A stretch of DNA of 63,373 bases, filler included, from Octopus bimaculoides (GCF_001194135.2; 4 parts of 3 records of this genome joined end to end with filler, not necessarily neighbours in it); one strand, 5' to 3'. Positions 27,371 through 39,639 are shown, counted from the first letter of the whole stretch. Made by a program: numbers and translations. Notes: generated by a model not told the origin, from the letters alone.

Positions 27371-27751
27371 CCCTGCAGATATAGATATCTCTTTGAAAGT
27401 CAAAGAAAAAGAGGATATCTAAGGACAACTGCTTCGAAACCTCCAGCTTCTACACCCAGACTATGAATTCATATTCATACCAATAATAATTGGAGCACTA
27501 GGTTTTGTTAGTAAATGCTTAAAGGAAAATCTGGATAAACTGGGATTTTCAGATAGAGAAATCGACCAGCTAATTCGTACATTACAAGTGCAATCTGTGA
27601 GTGGAACAGTAAAAATATGCAAGACTTTTCTCAAGTTGCAAATGTAAATTTATCAATATTAACTGCATCCCAAAGATGGAGCCTTGTATCTTTGTTGGAA
27701 ACCGGCTCCCTCCTCAGAGGAAGATTTATGATAATTAAATAATAGAAGAGA
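27371..27751 (+). mobile_element. 3' end of a second CATA-associated RLE element
   Basis: CPADIDISLKVKEKEDI*GQLLRNLQLLHPDYEFIFIPIIIGALGFVSKCL...VSGTVKICKTFLK, then a 3' UTR and the tail catgcatacataatacatacata (27752-27774). Confidence 0.88.
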
Positions 27752-27774
27752 CATGCATACATAATACATACATA

Positions 27775-28155
27775 ATAGGCCCAGAGCATGCTTGACTGTT
27801 ATGTGCAAAAAAAAAAAATACAGGTTTTCTGAATATGTTTCTCCAAGATCACTGACAAATAAATAGTGTAATAACTGATGAACAAGCTGGAGGAGAGAAG
27901 GAAGTATGGAGCTGTGCTGTCCTTAAGAAACTCAAACAATATCGCTGTAATCTCTTAACAATGTGGCTACATTACAAGAATGCGTTCGAAGCTGTGCCTC
28001 ACTCATGGATGATAGAATCAGTACACCTTGCCAACGTACCAGTTGCTATAGAGAATGCCATTGAAAGATTGACCTCACATCATGGTCCACACAGTTATCC
28101 CTGACAACTACAATGTTACAAACATAATCAAGCTATCAACAGGTATATTCCAGGG
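27775..28155 (+). mobile_element. RT domains 1-4 of the element at 25963-27370, in inverted orientation
   Basis: RPRACLTVM...DEQAGGEKEVW...LTMWLHYKNAFEAVPHSWMIES...TGIFQG. Ends with the same 16 nt with which the minus-strand segment begins. Confidence 0.85.
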
Positions 28156-28240
28156 ACATTACAAGACAAAAGAAAATTGTTAGAATTATCATAGCAAATG
28201 CATTATACAATATTATACATATGATTTTTTTTTCTTCCAA

Positions 28241-28277
28241 CATAATAACCGGTTTCGCTATCACTTTTCAAATTTTG
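28241..28277 (-). ncRNA. Minimal type-I hammerhead motif downstream of the Penelope GIY-YIG ORF
   Basis: Minus: CAAAAT TTGAAAA GTGATAGC GAAA CCGG TT ATTATG. Stem I pairs 5/6; stem III is palindromic (ACCGGT); the core has U3/A8 instead of C3/G8. Confidence 0.6.
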
Positions 28278-28399
28278 AGTTTTGGCTGCAATTCTGAATT
28301 GGAAATTTTGTTTGTTAGCGGGAATAATTGATAACCAAGGTATATTTCTGTAAAGGGAAGGTAAATCTGTAATTTTTAATATTCATTTACATATGGTTC

Positions 28400-29110
28400 T
28401 ACCCTTCAATAGATGGGGTATATCTTCAATTTTCAATAGGGATTTATATTTATTTCTAGCTTATATTTTTTGATAAATGAGGTCTCTTTATTTAGTTGTA
28501 CTTATGTTGAAGTCCAAATAGCAAATTGATATAATGGGAAGATTAGGAATTGTGGTTGCAATTTTTCTGCACATCTGTCAATGTGTTCACTGAGATATAT
28601 CTGGTGATATTGTGGGGAAGATTTCTGTTGTCTACAGACTGTACATCTCCGTCGATTCTATATTGTTTTTATGGTAGCCCGAGCATTTGATTACATAAAT
28701 AAGGTTTCCAGAGGCGCAAGTGAAGTTGGGTTTAATTTTGAATTTTTTCCCTTGTCTAAAATGGAATTCTGATCCTTCCAATAGATTGGGACATGTTCCA
28801 CAGTTAGGACAACCACTTTTTCTTACTTTTGCGCCCGTTATTCTTGAGAATAATTTAGCATTTGTGAGGTTCTTCTTTAATGCCTTTGGTCGTTTACTGC
28901 TTTTAATGATTTTATGCGTACGTAAAATTTCCTTCAGTTTGGGGTTCTTATGGAGTATGGGAAGATTTTCGACAACGATGTTAAATGCTTCCTTGTTTCT
29001 AGGGTTGTATATGTACACATAAGATAATGTTTTCAGAATAGGTGTATCATTGTGATCGACTTTCTTAATGCCTTTATTAGACATGGTACAATGTAGTTCG
29101 ACATATAGAA
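28400..29110 (-). mobile_element. Penelope-like element, linker plus GIY-YIG endonuclease, decayed
   Basis: ORF 28632-29135 contains CPNCGTCP...KKFKIKPNFTCASGNLIYVIKC, typical of the PLE Cys linker and GIY-YIG start. It continues in broken frames to ETSFIKKYK. Confidence 0.88.
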
Positions 29111-30115
29111 AGGGGTGATGGCTACCTCCGAACATAGGTCCGCTCGATCAGAACTGACCTAGGGCTGAACAGCAAAAATAAATATTTCTAGCTTCGACTG
29201 AATGCTACAATTTCACCTTAGGGGCGTTGTTCATTATAAAGTCGAATCAGTTCAAAATTTGTTGGTATTTTATCTGGTATGGAAATACAAAATGCCAAGT
29301 CAATTTGGTTACGTAAATGGATGTAATTAAGTACTACAAAGATTATATTGTAGACATGATCATTTTGCGACTATTGATCCTATTGAAGACACTGATCTCA
29401 ATGCAGCTACTGATCATATTGCAATCATATCGTAAACATAGAATCTGACTGCAGCATAGTCACTGATCGTAGCGCTGACATTAGTAATAACGTTGCTATT
29501 TATAATTAAACAAGCAAACAAATAACAGAGACTGACGAGTATGATTAGAGCTATCATACTGTGGTCACTTTTCAAACAATAAAAATATTCCTTGTTCATG
29601 TTGCAAACAATTAACAAAAAAGAGGTGAACTCATTAATTAAAGCCATATAAATTCATTGTCATAACAACGTATTTAATGAATAATTCTTAAGTCGTTATT
29701 TATTTATTTTGTCTCACGCAAAGAGAAATATATAGTTTCATCTGAGTTATTATCTGTGGGTAGTATATATCTCGATAAATATTGGCTGGTTGTAAGAAAG
29801 AGGATTTGGTATTTACTCACTCTAAGATTAACTTTAGTATCCGAGGATATCAATCTTCACTTTAGTTTTAACACTCTCTATTATTCCAGTCTTTACAATA
29901 ATCATTCCCAAAACATAAGATCAGTAACTTGCTCATGCTGGCGTATATTTGCCTTCTTCCATCTTTTTCATAGATGGTACTCAATAGAAGAAGAAAAGTT
30001 TTGAAAATACATGTAAAAAATAAGCACAATCAAGCACTAAAATAATTCTGACAAAACCACTTGCCTACTTTGCATCTTCTGGATTTTCAATTAGTATACT
30101 ATGAAGGAAAATATT

Positions 30116-30331
30116 CTTTTTCTACTCTAGGCACAAGGCCCAAAATTTTGGGGGAGGGGGCCAGTCGATTAAGTCGACCCCAGTACTCAACTGGTACTTG
30201 ATTTATCGACTCCGAAAGGATGAAAGGCAAAGTCGACCTCGGCGGAATTTGAACTCAGAACATAAAGACAGACAAAATGCCCCTAAGCATTTCACCCGGC
30301 GTGCTAACATTTCTGCCAGCTCGCCGCCTTG
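30116..30331 (-). mobile_element. SINE family 2 copy with perfect 18-bp TSD
   Basis: actatgaaggaaaatatt at 30098-30115 and 30332-30349. Confidence 0.93.
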
Positions 30332-30615
30332 ACTATGAAGGAAAATATTGAACCGAAGGAGCGTAGTTTTCTATATTGTAAGTTTGTAATATTGAACTAA
30401 AACACGTAGTTTTCTATATTGTAAATTTATCTTATTAACATGTGCTATGCATTTAAGATATAGATATTTGACGTCATTACGAAAGCATAGCTGCACTTGT
30501 AATTAATAATAGCTTCCTCATGTTTCAGCTGAATGCACAATGCATTATACATTCAGTTACACGTTTATAAAACATCTTAATAATTGCTGTATAATCGGAA
30601 ATGTTCTGTTTGCAG

Positions 30616-30743
30616 ATTATATGAACTTTATCCAGCAAGACGAAATGACACAGAAAATAGAACTGCCTGGCAACAAGGTTACTACCAGTTAGCTGTAATA
30701 GGCAGCACTATGGGTATATCAATTATTGGTGGTATATTCACAG
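30616..30743 (+). CDS. Rh50: Rh-type ammonium transporter (Rh50 glycoprotein), penultimate coding exon (last TM helix)
   Basis: Acceptor gttctgtttgcAG and donor CAG|GTAAAT flank a 128-nt exon (phase 2 in, phase 1 out). It reads LYELYPARRNDTENRTAWQQGYYQLAVIGSTMGISIIGGIFT(G), matching the Rh-family segment recalled from human RhCG (TARTQGKFQIYGLLVTLAMALMGGIIVG). It splices in frame to the exon at 33769. Confidence 0.9.
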
Positions 30744-30939
30744 GTAAATAATAAGTTTTACTTGATTTCTTTGGACGTAGAGTTATAAAACGCAGTGTTA
30801 CGAGTTGATTATGCTATACAAATTTGTACTTATTTCATATAAAAAATTATATAAAAAAATTTAATAGATAGAGAAGCATCCCTGTCTTTTCCCTGGATAG
30901 TCAGAGATCTGGTTTAAATAACTGCAACATTGTTGATTC

Positions 30940-31885
30940 CGTGAGAAACACCCAACGACCAGCGAGTGGTGTTAAACTGGGCCACGGGTTAAGTATGCAA
31001 CCTCCATACAAGTACAATTCTTCTGACGAGCTTTTACTCACATATTCCACTCACAAAGTAGCAGGCTCGATGTTTGGGTCTCACATAAATTGTCAAACGG
31101 ACTTCCATCTGCGATTTTGTCGTGTCGACGCCTCCAGGCGAAGAAGAAGGATCTACCAAGACATATAAATAGAGGTAGTCTGGTCGTGGTAGAAGTGTTG
31201 AGTAGCAGTCGAGTAGAAGTTGTGTAGCGGTTGAGTAGAGATCATCCGAAGGTGCTAGATAGCAGTAGCTTGAGACATAACAGATTTGTTGGAGAAACGT
31301 AAAAAAAATGATTCTTACTTTTAAAGAGGATGGCGACGGGACAAAAAAAAAAAATGGATAATCTATAACAATGCAAAGTGAAGCGCGGCGAACAACCGTA
31401 AATAACCTTCAAAGCAGATTTCACTCGAAGAAGGTTATGCTTTCAATGTAATGGGATTGAAAGGTGATGTCTTATATGATTTTCTGTCAACGAACATAAC
31501 CATCAACTCGGATATGTATTGTGACTAGGTGGACAAATTAAACGCAACGATCGACCAGAAGCGTCCAGTAGGCTGGAGGTTGTTTGTGGTTGTTCGCCGC
31601 GCTAATCGTAGGAGACCTGTCTTTCATCACAACAATGCCAGATTGCACGCTTCTTTGCAGACGTCGCTAAATCCAACGAAGCTTGGCTGGGATATTTTGC
31701 CGCACGCTCCATATTCCCTCCTCCACCATGCATCTTCAGATTTCTACCTGTTTCGATCTATTCAAAATTTATCGACAGACCGTCAACGCTGAAGAAGTTC
31801 TAAAAATTCACATGGACGAGTTTACAGCAATAAAGATATGAAATTCTGTGAGCAGGAAATAATGGGTTTGTGAAACAACGAGCCG
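30940..31885 (+). mobile_element. Decayed mariner transposase in the last Rh intron
   Basis: DVWVSHKL (WVPHEL), TG.KKWIIYNN, VFHHNNARLH, LGWDILPHAPYS, SDFYLFRS. Confidence 0.85.
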
Positions 31886-33768
31886 CCGGGAAACGAATTC
31901 ACAACCTTACAATCGTGAGCGAATACCCTAACCTCTAGCACAAGTGTCTCCTCTCTTTTTTTTCTCTTTCTCTCTTTATATATATATATATTTGAAATTT
32001 ACAGAAAGACAAAAGACGAAGACAGGTGTATGACCAACAAACAGGTGCATTAGTTTGACGCTCGGGAAAATGAGAAAGTCTTTTACGTTTCAACAGAAAG
32101 GAATAAGAGAAAATAAACAGAGAGAAAATAAACGAACTTATGGATTTAGAGATCAAGCATGGCGACTGGTTGGGAAAAAAGGTTTGACAGGAGAGGCAGA
32201 AAAAAGGGGAGATAATAAAGTAAAGGTGATCCCAAAACAAAGGTGAACGTGTGTGTATGAGTATGTGAGGATGTGTAAGTGTGTACGTGGATGGTGGCTA
32301 GTGATTGTGAAGTATGTGGATGAGTGTGTGGATTGTGAAGTGTGTGGATGAGTGTAAGTGTGTACGTGTGTAGGTGTGTGCGTGTGTAAGTGCGTGCGTG
32401 TAATATGTAGGTGTGGATGATGGTGTGTGGTGTGGTGTGGTTGGGAAGTGGTCAGTGCTAGTGTGTGTGGAGTGGGGTGGGGTGGAATTATATGGTGGTG
32501 TGGTGGTGTGTGACATGATAGGGACGATGATGGGTGCCTGTGAGGATGGTGGTGTTGGAGAGGTAGGGACAAGTGCGGCAGCGTGGGCGGCGGGAGCAGG
32601 GAATCAACAGATGTGACCCAGAGATTCTCGGTATAGAAAACACTTAGCGCCCAAAGGATTGGAACATAGACTCCGATGTCTTTATGAGGGATCACTTCCG
32701 CAGGGAATTGGTGACTCCAAGAGGAGCAAATATTGAGGAAATTATGCGGATAAGCAAATGAAATATAACAGCTTGGGTTTGATACGCTATATATNNNNNN
32801 NNNNNNNNNNNNNNNNNNNNNNNNNNNNNNNNNNNNNNNNNNNNNNNNNNNNNNNNNNNNNNNNNNNNNNNNNNNNNNNNNNNNNNNNNNNNNNNNNNNN
32901 NNNNNNNNNNNNNNNNNNNNNNNNNNNNNNNNNNNNNNNNNNNNNNNNNNNNNNNNNNNNNNNNNNNATATATATATATATATATATACAAAATCGAGCA
33001 CACGTACGCAAGGTGTGTGTGTTGTTAGTTTGTGCGTCGGCTGCGTTTTAGGCGTACGGTGTTAAAAAAACCTGAAAGTAAGTCATAGGCAGCGAGACAA
33101 CTCACATCAGATCCCTGGTCGGAGCGACCAACATCAATATTTCGTCATTGTTGTAACTTTTCAATGCCGCATACCGAACAAAACCCGCTGCAAACTATAC
33201 CGCCGACTATACTAAGTGGTCTAAAAACCATCTGGCATGTCCCAGCGTTTCATGTCACGGAAAGAATCAAATATGAACTGGAAGCAGCTCGAGATATATA
33301 AACAAAATTGAACACACATATACAAGGTGTGCGTGTTGTTAGTTCGTGGGTCGGCTGTGTTTTAGGTGCAATAAGGCGAAAAGATTTTCAGGCGATCAAT
33401 ATTTAAGTATAAATATATAGATATTTATACATTAATAGATCAAACTTACACAGAGTACAAACGACAAAGAAAATTAAAGGGGAAGTAGTAAGGTCCAACA
33501 GCTGCTTCTGGAGTCTCGGAGGTCCATCGTAGTATTGGTAAGAATATAGATATATTACATTTACACAGACGTAAATACACATAAGCATATATGCACATAT
33601 GTAGCTGTGTACTTTGTATATATGCTTGGGAGTACAGGTAATAAAATATTTTCTAAATTAGATTTCTTTGTAGAGCTTTCTCTCTTCCTCCATCTCTTCC
33701 ATTTTGTATCTTACTCTGAACCTTATTGTAGCACAGGAATAATAAAAGAAAGCAATTTTCTTTTACAG

Positions 33769-33938
33769 GTATCCTGTTGAAATTACCGATATGGAACGAG
33801 CCCGATGCCGATAACTTGTTCGACGACAAGCAAAGCTGGTGCCTTACAGAGGAAAATGACCGGACTCTTGACAAGTCAATAAAAGCAGAAACATCAACAT
33901 TTACATCAACCGAGTTATTTATAATAAATAATCAATAA
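33769..33938 (+). CDS. Rh50: Rh-type ammonium transporter, terminal coding exon (cytoplasmic tail)
   Basis: Acceptor ttttcttttacAG, phase 1. Reads (G)ILLKLPIWNEPDADNLFDDKQSWCLTEENDRTLDKSIKAETSTFTSTELFIINNQ*, compared with RhCG [23 protein letters not shown] (recalled). Stop TAA at 33936-33938. Confidence 0.88.
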
Positions 33939-35689
33939 GCTACATACGAAGTGGTAATTCATTTGTCGTTACAACGAATATCAGCCCCTCGTGGAAATTA
34001 AATGGATCTGACTTTGTAACTAGTTCCTCATATTATTCTACCTCTGATATCCTTGAGAAAGAATCACATACGCTTCATATTTCCCATCTTAGCTCTCTTT
34101 TGAAGTTAAAAGAAGTTAATTATGCATTAATTAATATTGCTGAGTATAAATAGTCAAAAAATAAGAGCAGATATTTATTGATCATCTTGCAGATTAGTCC
34201 TACTCATTTTGTCGTTTTGTCGGGGTAAGTAGGTCATGCCTAAGACCCATTATTACGTTTTGATATACGTCATGCCAAAAGTGGTCCCGACATTATAACT
34301 TGCGGAAAACATTTGATTCTTTTCCGTCCTGAAAAGTACAATAAAACACAGTTAGTATCAATATTTTTCGCGTGATTCGTCAGGTCCTAATTTGTCGGAC
34401 AAATTTAAGGATTAGAGTTTAGAAAAAAAAGAAGAAAGCAGTTGAAGTAGGCTATCCTCTGACAGTTAAGTCGTTACTAATCTCGTGTATAGATCTGCAT
34501 ACATATATGAATGTATGTATGCGTATATGTATACATGTGTGTAAATAGCGAAGGAATAAATATAGATATTTGTTGTTGTTATTCTTGCTGTTGGTTTATC
34601 CGAGATCCTCCTTTTTACCACTTATCCGGGCTGTGTCTGTGACTATTGCGTCTGTGTTCGCGTAACGCAAAGTCTCAGTAACCTCAACATTAAAATCTGA
34701 GTAAAATATTGAATTTCGGTACTGAAAAGCGCAATTCAACACAAATGCAATCGTTTACTATTCGCGAGTTGAGAAGTTATTATAAATACTAGCGATAAAT
34801 AAGGAAATTTCTTATAGGTGCTCAGTGAAGGTTATGCTTATTTAGAGGCCATTTAATTTAATCGGTAGCGCATTTACTAAGCAAGCGATTGATGCGTGGT
34901 GCTTCTCCCATAAGCGCATGGTACATAAAACTACAGACATAAATCGCACTGCGACATCAAGTAACTAAAAAAGACACTGAAACTCTTCATGTTGTGGCAG
35001 CGAGATTTGGTTGGTATGCGGTCACCGGACGACTGCAACTGAGGAAGTCTAGAAGGCTGAAATCACCTGATCTGACAGTTCCGATGCCGATAACAGACGA
35101 CTCTAGTCAGCTACGATTTACGCCTATGCATTTATACACTATGCACCAATATAACATGGTCAATAACTCAGTAATCGACATTCTAAAAAGACATTCACTT
35201 CAAATTGGATATAAAGATTACATTTTAGTTCTAATACTGTTTCCATCTCTAATAATTATTATTTGAAAATGCTTTTTTACTATTAGGCACAAGGCCCTTA
35301 ATTTGGGGAGGAGGTAATACCAATTATATCAACCCTGGTACTCTATTTTGTTTACTTGGATAGCTGAAAGGCAAATTTTGAGTCGGCGACCTTTGAACTC
35401 AGAACTTAGAAGAAATTTAAATAATTACCGTAAATCATTTTGTAAATCATAGTTTAACAACCCACCAATCAATCGACCCTTTTGACTATTTAATAATGGT
35501 CTCAAACTTGTGAAACTATCTTTAAGTAGGAAAATAACAATCGACTAAATCTCTCCTGTTAAATTTGCTCTCCTTGACAAAAAGGACAGCAGTTGTAGTG
35601 GGGAGGTTAGTCAATATGAACCCACTAATTTTTAATAGTACTGTATTTTATAGACCATAAAAGGATGGAAAGTACACAATTCAACAGGT

Positions 35690-36860
35690 ATTTTGTTGTC
35701 AGGACGTTTTTCTTTTCTTAATTTGATGTTTTTGTTTTGTTTTTTGACATGTTGAATCCAAGAATGGAATCCATTTTTTTATTATCACGTATAAATTTCA
35801 AGATAACCAAAGCTCAATCATCAGCGGTTGATATACATGGACTTTAAGGTGGTTAATTTTCTACAGGAGTAACAAAGTGGATACACCAAATATCCATGCT
35901 TTTTATGTATGTGGCACAGCAGAGCCAGAGAAAAACATTGGGTGGTCAAGGAATGGCTGCAGCGAACAGTAAGTAGCTCAATGATCTTTTAATGTGGTTG
36001 AACAACCTTTAGTTCAACCGGGAGAAAAGTCATCCTACCACCACCCCATACCAAACTTAGCATTATGAAGCAGTTTGTTAAACATCTGGATAAAGATGGA
36101 CTTTGTATTCATTATATCGGCAGCACGTTTCCCGGTCTTAGTAGGGAAAAGATGAAAGTTGGAATTTTTGGTGTGCTTCAAATAATAAATTAATGAAAGA
36201 TGAGAACTTTGTAAATTTATTGAGCTGCATTGAAGCAGCAGCACGGAATTCATTTGTAATAGTTGTGAATGACTTCTTGGACAACGAGAAAGCAGTCAAC
36301 TCTGCTGAAATGGTCGACAACATGCTGGAGAAGTTTCAAAATTTGGAAGCAAATATGAGCATAAAACTGCACTATCTCCACAGTCACTTTGATAAATTCC
36401 CCGAAAATCTTGGTAACATAAGTGACGAACAAGGAGACCGTTTTTATTTTTTTTATCAAGACCTAAAATCAATAGAACAAAGGTATCAAGGCAGATGGGA
36501 CTTGTATATGATGGCAGAGTATTGCTGGAACTTAACTCGGATCTTCCTGAGGTTCAACACTCAAGAAAATCATTCAAACGCAAAGTTATGGGAAATTAGG
36601 TATAAACAATTATATAATTTGTCCGTAGAAATTCACGAGCTTTTCAGTAGAAGCTTACTAAAGCGTTGTTTTTTAAGAAAAATCAATTTCTATATATGTT
36701 TGTATATTATGCCTTCTTCCGCATAAGCTGTTTTATGAAAAAAAAAACCAAAAAACGTAATTCATTGGATCCAGTATCTTAACGTCTTGACGTGATAATA
36801 ATAAATGGATGTCACTTTCAGATTCTGTCTTCAGATCCAAACTTTTTGACAACAGAGAAA
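35690..36860 (+). mobile_element. Decayed DNA transposon, Chapaev3/CMC-like
   Basis: KLSIMKQFVKHLDKDG...MSIKLHYLHSHFDKFPENLGNISDEQGDRF..QDLKSIEQRYQGRWDLYMMAEYCW. Imperfect subterminal inverted repeats (cacgt...atccattt). Family assignment is from memory. Confidence 0.7.
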
Positions 36861-36867
36861 AAAAATG

Positions 36868-37135
36868 CCTGTGAGTGGATTTAGTAAATGGAAGCTGAAT
36901 GAAGCCTATCGTATACATGTATATACTCTTGTGTGTGTGTGTGTGTCTTTGTGTTTGTCTCCCACCACTTGTTGGATTGTTTACGTACCCGTAACTTAGC
37001 AGTTCGTCAAAAGAATAAATGCCTAACTTGGGAAAATATGTACTGGAATTGATACAACCGACTAAAACTCGTCAAGTGAGTGCCTCAGCATGGCCGCAGT
37101 CCAATGACTGAAACAAGTAAAAGACAAATAAAAAG
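36868..37135 (+). mobile_element. SINE family 1, 5'-truncated
   Basis: cctgtgagtggatttagtaaatggaagctgaa ... gcatggccgcagtccaatgactgaaacaagtaaaaga. Confidence 0.8.
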
Positions 37136-37584
37136 AAAAAGAAGCCTTTAATATTCCTACAAATGTAACTAAAACAAGTTTTACAAAACTTTCAAGAGAA
37201 CATTACCTGTTTGGGGTAATTTAAATGATGTTATTTCCAAAGATGCGGTAACAGCGAATCCAAAATCATAGTTTTCAGTGATAGGACAGTGTTAATAACA
37301 ATACTAATATAAATTATTCTAAATCCACCAGATCGAATCACCATTATTAAATAATTTTCTTGAAAATGATTAAATAACTGATATCTGGTGTCACTATGTG
37401 GTCGTTCAACAACCGAATTTTCTTTAATAAAACTCCTAACGTTTTTAAAACAATCAAGTCCACAATAGATAATGGTATCGTAGATACATGGCGATTGAAA
37501 AAGAGAGACGAGTAGGCAATGCCCAGAACGCTTTTGATGATAGCTCGGTTAAACAACTTTATTACTATTTTATGATGGTGCTTG

Positions 37585-37830
37585 AATGAATTATCTTTTT
37601 AACTTGTTTAGACTGCAGCACATGCTGGGGCACCGCATTGAAGAATTGCAGTTGAATGATTCGACTCCAGTACGTCATTTTCTTTTTTTCTTTTTTAAGT
37701 TTCATTCGGTGTCCTTTCTATCGCGAACTTACGGGGACGTAAACACACCAACACCGGTTGTAAAGCGGTATTAGGGGACAAACACAGACACAAAAGATAT
37801 ATACACACACATGCATACACATATATCGGC
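37585..37830 (-). mobile_element. SINE family 1, 3' half
   Basis: Homologous to the 3' half of 18193-18552. Confidence 0.75.
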
Positions 37831-38540
37831 AATTATGCGAGTAAACAAATTAAACACATTAAATATATTAAATATAATAATTTGGATATGAAATACAAAA
37901 TATGTCTATATGTATACATGCAAAACGAGAGAAAGCAAACGGTGGAAACTTTCCGATAATGATTAATTAAGTATAAATATATAGATATTTATATTAATAG
38001 GTCCATCTTACACAGAGTACAAACCACAAAAAAAAAAAATTAAAGAGTTGGAAGAAAGGTGTTATACATTCAACAGCTGTTTCTAGGAGCTTGGAGATCC
38101 ATAATAAAGTTGATAGAATTAGTTCAATGCCTTTCTTTACATTAAGGCCTTTCTTTATCTTGTGGAATCGATCCCTTGTAAATATATATCGGAGTATGAG
38201 TTCGAATCTTTTGAGCACTCGGAGAGCCGTACCAGGCCATACATCTTCACAAACAACGTTACAACCATAATATTAGTTATATATAACATGCTGCCCTATC
38301 TTTTCTGACTAAACTGTAAAAACTATATTGTCTATTCTTTCACTCGTTTCTTGAACAAAAAAAGCGTGTGACACACACACGCGCACGCTCACACGCACAC
38401 ACACGCACACACATGTAGAATGTATATGTGTGTGTTACTTCTTCACGAATCTCATTAAAATCCTATGGATTCAATTGGGTCGAAATGTTTTTTCTAAATG
38501 TTATCTTTATCCCCGCAGGGCTAAACTTCATAAATAATTA

Positions 38541-38601
<61 letters not shown>

Positions 38602-38608
38602 TGTAGTT

Positions 38609-38646
<38 letters not shown>

Positions 38647-38733
38647 TGTAGTAGTAGTAGAAGAAGAAGAAGAAGAAGAAGAAGAAGAAGAAGAAGAAGA
38701 AGAAGAAGAAGAAGAAGAAGAAGAAGAAGAAGG
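38541..38733. repeat. (AGT)n to (AGA)n compound microsatellite
   Basis: Directly visible. Confidence 0.97.
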
Positions 38734-39126
38734 TAGAGGAGGAGTGAAATGTAATGTTGCAGTTCTCGCCAAAGTTCGACACGAAAGTTCTGAATGGAAA
38801 ACAAATAGATTAATATATTCATTAGGCCAGCTAATTATTCACACTCGCACATACAAGCACACAAACAATGACGGTAAATAATTAAGAAACCAACAAAAGT
38901 AATTAACTCAATCGCTGAAAGAAACTGCTTAAGTGTGGTAAACATATTTTCAATACTTCGGCTTCTCTACACATTTAATTCTCATATAATTGAGTCTGGC
39001 CGTATTGTTTTTTAGAAATGGTGGCCTGAGACAACACAACACATTCTTGCCGAGGTCAACTATTTTTGTCGCTCTGCAGTGAATGAGATGAAATAATGTT
39101 GGCGATGGAGGTAAAGTTGTTTATAT

Positions 39127-39193
39127 CTCTTCAAATATTGCTCCCTCTTCAAATATTGCTCCCTCTTCAAATATTGCTCCCTCTTCAAATATT
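39127..39193. repeat. 18-bp tandem repeat, ~3.7 copies (ctcttcaaatattgctcc)
   Basis: Directly visible. Confidence 0.95.
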
Positions 39194-39561
39194 CCCGCTC
39201 CTATGTCTTTACTAGAAATTATCCCGTTTTCAATAAATTCATTGAGTTTCTTCTGTACCATCTAGAATCAGATGCTTCTCTGTGTTTCTGAAATGTAAGC
39301 AGCACCGATTTATGGGGATGTACAAATGTGTTTAATGTACAAATTCAGCTTTAATTTGTCGGGGCAATTTGGTTAATTGTATCCGGCGTTCTATTCTTCT
39401 ACATATTTTCTCAACCATTTCTGCCTCGGTGACCCTTTTAATCGAATAATGTTCTACTAACGCCATCTCAGCTTGTTTTTCAAAAAAGAAAAGAGAAAGA
39501 GAGGGGGAAATAGATTATTTTAATTATATAGACATTAAATTTGCTCAGTGTTCATTATCAC

Positions 39562-39639
<78 letters not shown>

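Noticed and set aside
38428-38822. Poly-Ser/Arg, poly-Thr and poly-Leu ORFs with an acceptor-like site at ~38518
   Set aside because: Translation of an (AGT)n(AGA)n microsatellite; no non-repetitive coding signal.
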